This document shows, piece after piece, positions 43,668-52,692 of a stretch of DNA of 64,000 bases. Source of the stretch: an uncultured Bacteroides sp. Lineage in GTDB: Bacteria; Bacteroidota; Bacteroidia; Bacteroidales; Muribaculaceae. The position numbers were made by a program, and so were the translations under genes. Location of the stretch: positions 6,861-70,860 of the forward strand of contig CAYUGU010000001.1 of NCBI GenBank assembly GCA_964444345.1, given 5' to 3'. Position 1 is the stretch's first letter, and each line of letters opens with the position of its first letter. A model generated the notes under the pieces. That model did not search any database. It saw only the letters and a list, made by a program, of their open reading frames with translations, and was not told where the DNA came from.

Positions 43668-44500
43668 TTTGCGGGGTTGAGCAGTTTGGCGTAAAATTCG
43701 GCATAGGCCGGGGCCGAAGTATCGATAGGGCCGGGGTAGGCAAGGAAGGGCTTGCCGGAGGCCCGGGCATACTCGATGAGTTCGGGGTCAATGTTTTCCG
43801 ACCCTTGGATGATAGCGTCGGCAAAGTCTATGGCGAGTTTGTTGAGTGCCTTATGGTTGATGTCGGTATTTTTGAGCGAGCCGAGATGGCGGGCATTGAT
43901 TCCGTCGGTTTTAAGTTTCTTGACCAGGTCAGGGTTCAGGTCGGCGGGCAATGTGTCGGCATCGTCAAAGAGCGTATAAATGATGATGGCCTTCTTGTAG
44001 ATAGGCTCATCGTTATAGACCCTCTTGAGGTAGATAGGCGTAAGGGCCGTAACCCAGCCAGTACATTGAATGATTACCGGGTCCCAGCGGAGTTTCTTGA
44101 CCGTTTCGGCAACGCCGCGCACAAAGAAAATCGAGCGGGCGTCGTTCTGTTCGGCGTCGGTCATCGTCTCAAGCAGTTTGTCTGTCGAGGGGTGGCGGTC
44201 AAAATAGTCATCATTGTCAATGAAATAAACCTGCGAGCGCGACGACTGCAGCGTAGCCACCTTGATTACGAGAGGGTGGTCCGTATCGTCGATAATAAGG
44301 TTCATGCCCGAAAGGCGAATCACCTCGTGGAGTTGATTGCGACGCTCGTTGATACATCCGTATTTGGGCGTAAAGAGTCTTACCTCATAACCGCTCTCCT
44401 GGATTTTGCGCGGAAGGTGGTTACAATATTCCGACAAGGGAGTCGACGGCAGGTAAGGCATAATCTCCTGCGAAACGAAAAGTACTTTCTGTTGGCTCAT
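43664..44500 (-). CDS. Glycogen/starch synthase-like protein (short, Glyco_transf_5 domain only)
   Basis: 278 aa. KVLFVSQEIMPYLPSTPLSEY...GYEVRLFTPKYGCINERRNQLHEV. The stop overlaps the DUF4270 start (4 nt). Confidence 0.75.
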   Translation of the reverse strand: MSQQKVLFVSQEIMPYLPSTPLSEYCNHLPRKIQESGYEVRLFTPKYGCINERRNQLHEVIRLSGMNLIIDDTDHPLVIKVATLQSSRSQVYFIDNDDYFDRHPSTDKLLETMTDAEQNDARSIFFVRGVAETVKKLRWDPVIIQCTGWVTALTPIYLKRVYNDEPIYKKAIIIYTLFDDADTLPADLNPDLVKKLKTDGINARHLGSLKNTDINHKALNKLAIDFADAIIQGSENIDPELIEYARASGKPFLAYPGPIDTSAPAYAEFYAKLLNPAK

Positions 44501-44527
44501 TGGCGTTTAATGAAATTAACTAATGCG

Positions 44528-44535
44528 CAAAGTTA
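44528..44535 (-). promoter_or_regulatory. -7 box TAACTTTG for the glycogen-synthase-like gene
   Basis: Plus strand CAAAGTTA, 27 nt upstream of the ATG at 44500. Confidence 0.45.
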
Positions 44536-44620
44536 CGAAAAAATTTTGAAATAAACCAAATTCCCTCCCGATTTGTTATTAAGGTATAAAAAACGTTTAA
44601 CTATTAAATCATCTAAAACT

Positions 44621-45172
44621 ATGAACGAAACAAAATCTTTTTGGGGCACATCCAAGTTGTGGTGGCTCGCCCTTACAGTCGGAATTCTTATGGTAATTGC
44701 CGGATTCGCCTACTGGTTTTTCCCCTCGATTGGCTATGCAGTGGCTTCCGTGCTCTTCGGCTGGATGCTGATTGCCGCAGGCCTTGTGCAGATTTGTGTC
44801 AGCGCCGGCGCTAACCGCCCTAAAGGCTGGGGCTGGTGGTTGACCGGAGGCGTAATTGATATGTTTATCGGCTTTATGCTGGTTCGCAGCGTAACCTTGG
44901 CCGAAGCCGTTTTCCCCTATTTTATTGCCTTTGTATTCGTATTCTGGGGCTTTGGTGCCTTGATCAGCGCTATCCAGGATCGCGGTCGCCGCTACTGGTG
45001 GGTGCAGTTGATTAACGGTATCCTTCTGCTTATCATCGGATTCTTCTTCCTCGAAGCCGGTTATCTCCAGAATATGCTGAACGTAAGTTTCCTGACTTCA
45101 CTGGCCTTCATCTATTGGGGCTTCTCGATTGCCATGGGCTCTTACGACCTCAAACCCTCTAAACAGGAATAA
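44621..45172 (+). CDS. HdeD/DUF308 family membrane protein
   Basis: About 183 aa with six hydrophobic helices and the repeated GxxxIxxG pattern typical of DUF308. The track start at 44573 is TTG; ATG 44621 chosen. Confidence 0.72.
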   Translation: MNETKSFWGTSKLWWLALTVGILMVIAGFAYWFFPSIGYAVASVLFGWMLIAAGLVQICVSAGANRPKGWGWWLTGGVIDMFIGFMLVRSVTLAEAVFPYFIAFVFVFWGFGALISAIQDRGRRYWWVQLINGILLLIIGFFFLEAGYLQNMLNVSFLTSLAFIYWGFSIAMGSYDLKPSKQE

Positions 45173-45206
45173 TTGAAACATTATCAATAACTCTCTTAAC
45201 TGAACA

Positions 45207-45246
45207 ACGGACGCGAAAATCAGCGGTTTTCGCGCCCGTTTTGACA
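45207..45246 (+). terminator. Rho-independent terminator
   Basis: ACGGACGCGAAAA-tcagcgg-TTTTCGCGCCCGT followed by a TTTTGACAGTTTTTT tract. Confidence 0.6.
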
Positions 45247-45286
45247 GTTTTTTAAGCAAAATGCTTGAAATTTAAGAAAATTTGTG

Positions 45287-45294
45287 TAATTTTG
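45287..45294 (+). promoter_or_regulatory. -7 box TAATTTTG for the Trp/Gly-rich protein + barrel unit
   Basis: Matches TAnnTTTG, with TTG 19 nt upstream (GCTTGAAA). The ATG at 45387 leaves a ~90-nt leader. Confidence 0.4.
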
Positions 45295-45386
45295 TCGTCA
45301 TTGATTAAACCTCCTGCTGAGGTTAGGGTCAAAACTTTACAACGATAAATCAACTATTAACTCTCTTAAAGAAAGGCCAAGACAAA

Positions 45387-46883
45387 ATGAAAGTTACTAA
45401 CAAAATGAGATTAGCGCTTGCCGGCGCAGCCATGGCGTTGCTTCCCGTCAGTGTTATGGCCCAGGGCTTCTATGACGACGATATCTATTTTGACGCATCG
45501 AAGTCAAAAGCCAAAAAGACACAGACCAAGACAACTCCGACTCGGTCGACCTCTTCGTCAGCCTCTACCACCGTGGTAACCAACGGCGGTAATACGGTTA
45601 TCAGCGTCCCCGCTTCGGCCCTCTCGAAAGTGACTGCCTCCACTTCGTCCGCTGCAACCGCTTCGCGCCCATCCACGCGCGACGTCGACGAATATAATCG
45701 CCGCGGCTCCTACAAGCCCGTCGAAACTCAGTCGGTTGACGATCTGGGCGAGAACTTCGAATATACCCGCAGAATCGAGCGTTTCTATAATCAGGATATC
45801 GTAAACTCATCTGACGATGATGACCTTATCTATTATTACAATAACGCCAACGACGAACTCGCCGACGTGACCGGTACGGCTCCTACTACTATCAACATCT
45901 ATGTTGACAATCCCGACCCCTGGGATGGCTTCTGGAACCCTTACTACTACAGTTCGGCCTGGAGTTGGGCCTGGCGTCCTACCTACTATAATCCCTGGTA
46001 CTCATGGAACTATGCCTGGGGCTACGGTCCCTCCTGGAGCCTGAGTTGGGGTTGGGGAGGTCCCTCCTTCTCCTGGGGTTGGAGTTGGGGCTGGGGTTGG
46101 AACTATCCCTCCTACGGCTGGGGCTGGAATCCCGGCTGGGGTTGGAATCATCCCGGACACGGTTGGGGTCATCATCATCCCAACTATCCCGGCAACTGGG
46201 CTTGGAATCATCCCCGTCCCGCCGGTCCCGGAGCCTCGCGTCCCTCGGCTCGCCCCGGACAGCACACTCCCGTCTATGGCAACCGTCCTGCTTCAAACCG
46301 TCCTGCTTCAAACCGTCCTTCCCAGAACGGAATCCTGAGTCGACATAATTCGGCCCGCGGCGGACGCGTTCCCTCCTCCGGTAACTCAACCGCCCGTCCC
46401 GGCACGAGTGCCCGTCCCGGCTCAATCGGCGCCTCAACTACCGCATCGTCCACATCCTCGTCGACTTCCGGACTTCGCTCCTCGTCGGCTCGCGGAGGCT
46501 ACGTGCCCGGTGAACAGACCCGCCTCGGCAATATCTCGACTTCAACGTCGACCTCGACCGGACGTGCAACCTCTGTCAATCGCGGCTCCTCTTCGACCTC
46601 CTCTTCGTCAAGCGCCGTTCGCGGTTCAAGCAGCACCTCCTCCGGCCGCTCCTCGTCGGCAACTCGCTCATCCTCCTCTTCGACCTCAAACCGCAGTTAC
46701 GGTTCCGGCTCCTCTTCGTCCTCTTCGCGCAGCAGTTACGGCTCCGGTTCGTCTTCTTCTTCGCGCAGCAGTTACGGCTCCGGTTCCTCCTCTTCCGGCC
46801 GCAGTTATGGCGGCGGTGGCGGCTCCTATAGCGGCGGCGGTCGCTCAGGTGGCGGCGGTGGCGGTCGCGGCGGACGCCATTAA
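45387..46883 (+). CDS. Secreted low-complexity protein: Trp/Gly-repeat core plus Ser/Thr/Arg/Gly/Tyr tail
   Basis: 498 aa, signal peptide ...LLPVSVMAQ. Core ~110 aa dominated by W,G,N,P,S,Y,H (SWGWSWGWGWNYPSYGWGWNPGWGWNHPGHGWGHHH). Tail with SSYGSGSSSS repeats, ending GGGGGRGGRH. Strong third-position bias supports this frame over the alternative-frame ORFs. Confidence 0.7.
   Translation: MKVTNKMRLALAGAAMALLPVSVMAQGFYDDDIYFDASKSKAKKTQTKTTPTRSTSSSASTTVVTNGGNTVISVPASALSKVTASTSSAATASRPSTRDVDEYNRRGSYKPVETQSVDDLGENFEYTRRIERFYNQDIVNSSDDDDLIYYYNNANDELADVTGTAPTTINIYVDNPDPWDGFWNPYYYSSAWSWAWRPTYYNPWYSWNYAWGYGPSWSLSWGWGGPSFSWGWSWGWGWNYPSYGWGWNPGWGWNHPGHGWGHHHPNYPGNWAWNHPRPAGPGASRPSARPGQHTPVYGNRPASNRPASNRPSQNGILSRHNSARGGRVPSSGNSTARPGTSARPGSIGASTTASSTSSSTSGLRSSSARGGYVPGEQTRLGNISTSTSTSTGRATSVNRGSSSTSSSSSAVRGSSSTSSGRSSSATRSSSSSTSNRSYGSGSSSSSSRSSYGSGSSSSSRSSYGSGSSSSGRSYGGGGGSYSGGGRSGGGGGGRGGRH
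46281..46322 (+). repeat. 15-nt in-frame tandem repeat (AACCGTCCTGCTTCA x2.7; NRPAS)
   Basis: Direct reading. Lies inside the low-complexity gene. Confidence 0.8.
46692..46817 (+). repeat. 36-nt in-frame tandem repeat x3.5 (R-S-(S)-Y-G-S-G-S-S-S-S-S)
   Basis: Units begin at 46692, 46728, 46764 and 46800 (partial), each starting CGCAG(CAG)TTACGG. Confidence 0.8.
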
Positions 46884-46920
46884 ACCTAAGTCAAGTTTAA
46901 AACTTACCCCCCTCACGTAA

Positions 46921-48552
46921 ATGAAAAAAATTCTGATATTTTCCGCTTCCGTTGCCTCGGCTCTGGGTCTTTCGGCCCAGAGCGCAATGGACGCCTTTAC
47001 GGCCTCTGAATCGCAACTGCGTGGAACGGCCCGATATGTTTCTATGGGCGGCGCCTTCGGTGCCCTCGGTGCTGACCTTTCGACCCTCAACCAGAATCCG
47101 GCCGGCCTTGGCGTTTACCGCAGCAGCGAGTTCGGCGCTACTCTCGATATTGACTTCCTCAATGCTTCGATGAGCAATACCGGGTCGAATCCGATGAAAA
47201 ACAGCGCTACCCGCGCCGCATGCAATAACTTCGGCTACGCTGGCTCAATGAAGACAGGCTCCTCCCTGATGCCATACTTCTCCTGGGGCGCTACCTATAA
47301 CCGCCTGAACTCCTTCGAGCGCAAATATCGCGGTTATTTCCCGACGCTTCCCTCTTCGTGGACCAACTATGTCGCCTCCTTCTCGGGCGGCTTCTCAGGC
47401 CAGGAAATGTGGGGCGACGAAAACTATGACCCCTTCTTCCAGAGCAACATTCCCTGGATTTCGCTGCTGGCCTACAATAACTTCCTCATCAACCTCTACG
47501 GCAACGGTTATGCCGGCCTGATGCAACCGGGCTCCTACGGCGACGCTTCGATTGAGGTTCATGAGCAAGGCTATATCGACGAATACTCCATCAACTTCGG
47601 CGGCAACTTCTCCGATATGTTCTATTGGGGTATCGGTTTCGGTATTCGCGACCTGAACTATCGCCTGTCAAGTTATTATGACGAGATGATCGATAATGCA
47701 CTCGTCCCGAAGAATGCCGACTCTGACGCCCTCACTACCGGCAATGCCGAATGGGGCATCGAAAATCTCCAGCAGGTCAGCGGCACCGGATTTAACGTGA
47801 AACTCGGCCTTATCTTCAAACCTATCAACGAGTTCCGCCTTGGTCTTGCCGTTCATACTCCTACTTGGTATAACCTCAGTTACAGCACTAACGCCTGGGT
47901 TGATTACCACCTTGGCAAACTTGAGAACGACGGCTATTATACCCTTGACTCTCGGGTTGATGACAATCCCTATACCACTACTAACGCCGGCTATTGGGAT
48001 ATGAAACTCAAGTCGCCTTGGCGCCTGATGGTCAGCGCAGCCGGTGTGCTCGGCGGTCGCTTCATCATCTCCGCCGATTATGTCTACGAAGCCTATCCCT
48101 CAATGGCGTTCTCCGACGGCGACGGAACTCTGACCGACATCTCCAACGATATCAAGCAGTATTATCAGCCCTCCAACGAACTCCGCCTCGGCGCCGAGTT
48201 CCGCCTCTCGCCCAAATGGAGCGTTCGCGCAGGCTATAACTTCAAGAGCACTGCCGCTAAGTCCGAGGCTCGCGAAGGCCGCGAATATATCTATACGACC
48301 GGCACGCAGGCTATGTCTGAATTCAAGGGCGACCGAAACAATGTCTCCGTAGGTCTCGGCTATCGCACCGGTGGCTTCTATATCGACGCTGCCTATGTCC
48401 ACTCCTCGCAGCGAAGCGACTGGCATGCTTTCAGTGCCTTCCCCTCGGCCGACGGCAATTATGCCCTCGCCTCCAACGCCGAGTTCGCCCCCCACGGAAC
48501 GATTACCACCAACCATAACAACCTTGTCCTCTCCGTAGGCTTCAAGTTCTAA
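46921..48552 (+). CDS. Outer-membrane beta-barrel protein, FadL/OmpP1-like (family uncertain)
   Basis: 543 aa. Signal peptide, N-terminal GTARYVSMGGAFGALGADLSTLNQNPAGLG motif, alternating beta pattern, C-terminal ...LVLSVGFKF with terminal Phe. Confidence 0.72.
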   Translation: MKKILIFSASVASALGLSAQSAMDAFTASESQLRGTARYVSMGGAFGALGADLSTLNQNPAGLGVYRSSEFGATLDIDFLNASMSNTGSNPMKNSATRAACNNFGYAGSMKTGSSLMPYFSWGATYNRLNSFERKYRGYFPTLPSSWTNYVASFSGGFSGQEMWGDENYDPFFQSNIPWISLLAYNNFLINLYGNGYAGLMQPGSYGDASIEVHEQGYIDEYSINFGGNFSDMFYWGIGFGIRDLNYRLSSYYDEMIDNALVPKNADSDALTTGNAEWGIENLQQVSGTGFNVKLGLIFKPINEFRLGLAVHTPTWYNLSYSTNAWVDYHLGKLENDGYYTLDSRVDDNPYTTTNAGYWDMKLKSPWRLMVSAAGVLGGRFIISADYVYEAYPSMAFSDGDGTLTDISNDIKQYYQPSNELRLGAEFRLSPKWSVRAGYNFKSTAAKSEAREGREYIYTTGTQAMSEFKGDRNNVSVGLGYRTGGFYIDAAYVHSSQRSDWHAFSAFPSADGNYALASNAEFAPHGTITTNHNNLVLSVGFKF

Positions 48553-48567
48553 ACCGAAATCAACAAT

Positions 48568-48608
48568 GGAGGCGTCGCTCATCGGGCGGCGCCTCCTTAT
48601 CTTTTCCT
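48568..48608 (+). terminator. Rho-independent terminator
   Basis: GGAGGCG-N15-CGCCTCC followed by TTATCTTTTCCTT. Confidence 0.6.
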
Positions 48609-48609
48609 T

Positions 48610-49239
48610 ATGAACCCTTCGTTGATAATTTTTGACTTTGACGGCACTCTTGCCGACACTTCCGAGGCTATCGTCAGGACGTTTCGCGCCGCGGCCGACG
48701 AAAACGGCCAACCATGTGCGCCCGATTCAGTTATTGAGGGAGGCATAGGCCTTCATCTGCGCGATATGTTTCGCGAATTTTGCGGGATTACCGACCCGCA
48801 GATGATTCAGCGTTGCATCGACTCCTATCTGCGCATTTTTAAGGACCATTACGGACTGATTCGCCTCTTCCCCGGAGTCAAGTCTACGCTTCAGCGCCTC
48901 AAGTCGCAGGGGATTAAACTGGCTGTGGCCACGAATCGCGGCGCCGACTCGCTGGTGCCCCTGATGAAGCAACTCGAAATTGACTCGTTAATCGACGATT
49001 ACGTGACGCCCGAATCGGTTAAGAACGTGAAGCCCGCGCCCGATATGGCCCGCCTGCTGACCGCCCGCCTCAACGTGAGCCCGGAGCAGACCCTTGTAGT
49101 GGGCGATACGACCTACGATGTCGATATGGGCCACGCCGCCGGTTGCCAAACCTGCGCTGTCACTTACGGAAGCCACTCCCCCTCCCAACTCGCCGCAGCC
49201 CGTCCCTCCCGCCTGATCTCCCTTTTCTCCGAACTATAA
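48610..49239 (+). CDS. HAD-superfamily hydrolase (phosphoglycolate phosphatase-like)
   Basis: 209 aa. Motif I IIFDFDGTLADT, motif II ATNR, motif III/IV KP...VVGDTTYD. Confidence 0.85.
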   Translation: MNPSLIIFDFDGTLADTSEAIVRTFRAAADENGQPCAPDSVIEGGIGLHLRDMFREFCGITDPQMIQRCIDSYLRIFKDHYGLIRLFPGVKSTLQRLKSQGIKLAVATNRGADSLVPLMKQLEIDSLIDDYVTPESVKNVKPAPDMARLLTARLNVSPEQTLVVGDTTYDVDMGHAAGCQTCAVTYGSHSPSQLAAARPSRLISLFSEL

Positions 49240-49241
49240 GT

Positions 49242-49832
49242 TTAGGGAAGCCAGTAGTGGGGTGGTTGGGATCGGTGGGCGGCAACCCACTCTTCAAGGT
49301 CGGCCATTGAGCGGACGCCGTCGGCAATCACGGCCTCATAGTATTCCACTCCATGGAAGTCCTTCCCCTCCGGAGTCTCAAACTTGAGGCGAAGAATTGC
49401 CAGCCGCTGCTCCGGGGTCATAACCTCAATGATACGGTCAGCCATTCGCTCGAAATACCCGTCATATTCCGTCCCCTCCTCGATATGGATTACGTCAAAC
49501 TGCCATTTTTCGCCCTCATACATATAAAATATATGCCAGGCTATACAATGCTCATCCGTAGCCAAACCGTTGATACATCTGATTTCCGTTACGCCCGGCA
49601 GTTTCGCTATTTGGGCTGCGATAGCAAAACTCTCCGCCTCCGTGATTCCTGAGGAATAGACGTGGAGGTCAATGTCGCGATGAGCCGCAAGCAAGCCCAT
49701 TCTGAGCGACCCGACTATGTTTACGCGACAACCGGCGCTCTCCCAAATATCCGCTATTTTCGAACTCCCGAGCACACGCAGGGCCTTCTCTCGGGCTCGC
49801 TCAGCCAACCCTAAAATTTCTTTTTCTGTCAT
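49242..49832 (-). CDS. Nucleotidyltransferase-fold (Pol-beta superfamily) protein, function unknown
   Basis: About 196 aa. GSLRMGLLAAHRDIDLHV resembles the GS...DxD NTase core. The track start at 49859 is TTG; ATG 49832 chosen, downstream of the -7 box. Confidence 0.5.
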   Translation of the reverse strand: MTEKEILGLAERAREKALRVLGSSKIADIWESAGCRVNIVGSLRMGLLAAHRDIDLHVYSSGITEAESFAIAAQIAKLPGVTEIRCINGLATDEHCIAWHIFYMYEGEKWQFDVIHIEEGTEYDGYFERMADRIIEVMTPEQRLAILRLKFETPEGKDFHGVEYYEAVIADGVRSMADLEEWVAAHRSQPPHYWLP

Positions 49833-49864
49833 AAATCGAAATATCTTTAGATTAAACAAATCTG

Positions 49865-49872
49865 CAAAGATA
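49865..49872 (-). promoter_or_regulatory. -7 box TATCTTTG for the NTase-fold gene
   Basis: Plus strand CAAAGATA. Confidence 0.4.
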
Positions 49873-49904
49873 GCAAAAATTTGCTTTCAAAGAGAAAAAA
49901 TTCG

Positions 49905-49912
49905 TAACTTTG
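49905..49912 (+). promoter_or_regulatory. -7 box TAACTTTG for the 72-aa ORF
   Basis: Matches TAnnTTTG, 33 nt upstream of the ATG at 49946. Confidence 0.4.
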
Positions 49913-49945
49913 CCGAAGAAATCACACACATAATAATTGTAAACT

Positions 49946-50164
49946 ATGCAACTGAATATGCGACTTGAGGATGCGATGGTCTACGTCCTGGCTAACGAGA
50001 AGCGCGGGCTCTCGACCGAAGTGATTGCCTACCTTATCAACCGCGAGATGCTCCACCTCCGTAAGGACGGCGCACCCGTTACGTCCGCCCAGGTCTATGC
50101 GGCCGTTTGTCGTAATCCGGCCGTGTTTGTCAAGGAGGGAGGCATTATTCATCTGGTGATGTAG
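49946..50164 (+). CDS. Small winged-helix protein (HARE-HTH-like pattern)
   Basis: 72 aa. RLEDAMVYVLANEKRGLSTEVIAYLINREML...VTSAQVYAAVCRNPAVFVKEGGIIHLV fits the HARE-HTH layout as I recall it. Assignment is weak. Confidence 0.45.
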   Translation: MQLNMRLEDAMVYVLANEKRGLSTEVIAYLINREMLHLRKDGAPVTSAQVYAAVCRNPAVFVKEGGIIHLVM

Positions 50165-50193
50165 CGCGAATTTTGAAATTATAATTTTTTTAA

Positions 50194-50201
50194 CTAACTT
50201 T
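50194..50201 (+). promoter_or_regulatory. -7 box TAACTTTG for the Wza-like/Wzz/M23 unit
   Basis: Matches TAnnTTTG, with a ~80-nt leader to the ATG at 50286. Confidence 0.4.
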
Positions 50202-50285
50202 GCACCTGATTTGTAGTCTCTCCTCGTTTCAACTCCGCCCCGGCGGTTAAGTGTTAACTTTAAATAAAACTATTTATCATCATAG

Positions 50286-52688
50286 ATGAAATTGAGAAAC
50301 ATAGTTCTATCCCTCCTGACGGTTTGCTCATTGTCGGCGATGGCAATGACGGACAAGGAGGTTATAGATTTTATCAAACAGCAGACCGCTGCAGGAAAGA
50401 CCGAGCAGCAGATTGGTAAAGAACTCATGGCCCGAGGAGTGACTCCCGAGCAGGCCAAGCGAATCAAGATGCAATATAAGGAGCGCACGGGCGAGGACGA
50501 TAACGCCGTCACTATGCCTGCCGCTACCCCGCGCCGAAGCCATACGGTCCTGACCGACGCCGGCGAGACAATCATCGTGGCCGAAGAAGCCCCGACCCCG
50601 GCCCTCGAAGAGTCCGAGGCCCGCAAGATTTACGGCCATAACGTCTTCAACTCCAGTTCGCTGACATTCGAGCCGAGCGAGAATCTTGCAACTCCCCAGA
50701 ACTATCGTCTCGGGCCCGGCGACGAAGTGGTTATCGACATTTGGGGCGCCTCCGAAGACCATATCCGCCAGGTAATCTCCCCCGAAGGTAGCATCATGAT
50801 TTCCCAACTCGGCCCCGTTTACCTTAACGGCCTTACAATCAACGATGCAGCGAAACATATTCGCAAATCCTTCTCCCAGAAATACGCCGGAGTGAGCGAC
50901 TCCGAGACCGACATTCAGGTTACTCTCGGCCAGGTCCGCACCATTCAGGTTAACCTGATGGGCGAGGTCGCAACCCCCGGAACTTATATGCTGTCGCCCT
51001 TCTCCACGGTTTTCCATGCCCTATATCGCGCCGGCGGCATCAATGACATCGGCTCTATGCGTAACCTTCAGGTGCTTCGCAACGGCCGCAAAGTTGCCGG
51101 AATCGACATCTATGAGTATCTCTTTGAGGGAAAAACCAACGGCAATATACGTCTTGAAGAAGGCGACGTGATTATCGTTCCCCCCTATGGTACTTTGGTG
51201 AACGTCGAGGGCAATGTCCGCCGCCCGATGTACTACGAGATGAAGCCGGGCGAAACCGTCAAGGACGTGATTAAGTATGCCGGCGGATTCACTTCCGAGG
51301 CCTACGCCGATATGATTTCCCTCTCGCGCCAGTCGGGCACCGAAAACGAACTCGTCAACATATCGCAGAGCGAGTTCCCCACCTATACTCTTAAGGATGG
51401 CGACGTCCTGACCGTCGGAACCATTCTCAACCGCGTTGCCAATAAGGTTGAACTGAGAGGCTCCGTTTTCCGCCCCGGCCTTTATGCAATTGACAATCAG
51501 GTATCAACCGTTGGCCAACTAATCAAAAAGGGTGCGGGCCTTACGGAAGACGCCTACACCGGCCGCGCCCTCCTTTATCGCGAGGGCGACGATTTGCGCC
51601 CACAGGTGATTCCCGTCAATCTTGACGCCTTGTTGGCCGGAAAGATTGCCGATATTCCCTTGAAGCGCAACGATGTCCTGATAGTTTCCTCGGTCGATGC
51701 CGTCTCTCAACAGGGCGATATCTCAATCCGCGGCCTTGTGGCTAACCAGGGCGTTTACCCTTACGCAAGCGGAATGACGCTCGAAGACCTTATTTTGAGC
51801 GCCGGCGGCCTCCTCGAAGGCGCCTCGACGGCCCGTGTCGACGTGGCCCGACGAATCGTTGACCCGACGGCCGTAAAGCAGACCCAGCAACTCTCGCAGG
51901 TCTTCTCTATCTCGATTGAAAACGGCCTGACCTTAGGCTCCGGAGCCGGATTCCTCCTCCAGCCGTTCGACGAAGTGGTTGTCCGTTCAAGCCCCGGCTA
52001 TGAGCCTCAGCGTTTTGTAAAAATCAATGGCGAAGTGCTTTTCGACGGCGAATACGTAATTCAGAAACGCAATGAGCGCATCAGCGAAGTGATTGCCCGC
52101 GCCGGCGGTATCCTTGAGGGGGCTTACATCCGCGGCGCCCATATGACCCGCCTCCTTTCCGACGACGAACTCGCCGCCAAGCAGGAAGCCGTGCGTCTTG
52201 CCCGTGCCAACAGTCAGATGTCTATGGGCGACTCGATTGCCCTCGACCAGATTCAGATTTCTAAAACCTACAATGTAGGTATCAACCTTGAGAAAGCGTT
52301 GGCCAATCCCGGCAGTTCTTTCGACATTGTCCTCCAGCCCGGCGACGAAATCTTCATCCCTCAGGAGCAAAGCATCGTGAAGATTGCCGGCGACGTTATG
52401 TTCCCCAACGCCGTTGTCTACGAGCCGGGCAAAAAACTCTCCTACTATATCGACCAGGCCGGAGGCTACGGCCAGCGCGCACGCAAAGGCAAAGCCTTCA
52501 TTGTCTATCAGAACGGAACGGTTGCCCGCGCCAAGCGCAACTCCGTCATAGAACCCGGCTGCCAGATTATCGTCCCCTCCAAGCCTCAAAGCGCCGGAAC
52601 GGACTGGACAAAGGTCTTGAGTATGGTGACGAGTTTCTCCTCTGTAGCAACTATGGCGGCTACAATTACTAACCTCTTTAGACGTTAA
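50286..52688 (+). CDS. Polysaccharide export protein, Wza-like with multiple SLBB domains
   Basis: 800 aa. Signal peptide, Poly_export motif (YRLGPGDEVVIDIWG), several repeats of the SLBB pattern (L.DGDV..V; R.GD..IVP), C-terminal TM helix. Confidence 0.85.
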   Translation: MKLRNIVLSLLTVCSLSAMAMTDKEVIDFIKQQTAAGKTEQQIGKELMARGVTPEQAKRIKMQYKERTGEDDNAVTMPAATPRRSHTVLTDAGETIIVAEEAPTPALEESEARKIYGHNVFNSSSLTFEPSENLATPQNYRLGPGDEVVIDIWGASEDHIRQVISPEGSIMISQLGPVYLNGLTINDAAKHIRKSFSQKYAGVSDSETDIQVTLGQVRTIQVNLMGEVATPGTYMLSPFSTVFHALYRAGGINDIGSMRNLQVLRNGRKVAGIDIYEYLFEGKTNGNIRLEEGDVIIVPPYGTLVNVEGNVRRPMYYEMKPGETVKDVIKYAGGFTSEAYADMISLSRQSGTENELVNISQSEFPTYTLKDGDVLTVGTILNRVANKVELRGSVFRPGLYAIDNQVSTVGQLIKKGAGLTEDAYTGRALLYREGDDLRPQVIPVNLDALLAGKIADIPLKRNDVLIVSSVDAVSQQGDISIRGLVANQGVYPYASGMTLEDLILSAGGLLEGASTARVDVARRIVDPTAVKQTQQLSQVFSISIENGLTLGSGAGFLLQPFDEVVVRSSPGYEPQRFVKINGEVLFDGEYVIQKRNERISEVIARAGGILEGAYIRGAHMTRLLSDDELAAKQEAVRLARANSQMSMGDSIALDQIQISKTYNVGINLEKALANPGSSFDIVLQPGDEIFIPQEQSIVKIAGDVMFPNAVVYEPGKKLSYYIDQAGGYGQRARKGKAFIVYQNGTVARAKRNSVIEPGCQIIVPSKPQSAGTDWTKVLSMVTSFSSVATMAATITNLFRR

Positions 52689-52692
52689 TCCC

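Noticed and set aside
46408-46920. 170-aa Pro/Ala-rich alternative-frame ORF (plus 46004-46348 and antisense ORFs) inside the low-complexity gene
   Set aside because: These are frame artefacts of the repetitive Ser/Gly/Arg-coding DNA. Only the 45387-46883 frame has a signal peptide, a proper ATG after a -7 box, and continuity over 498 codons.
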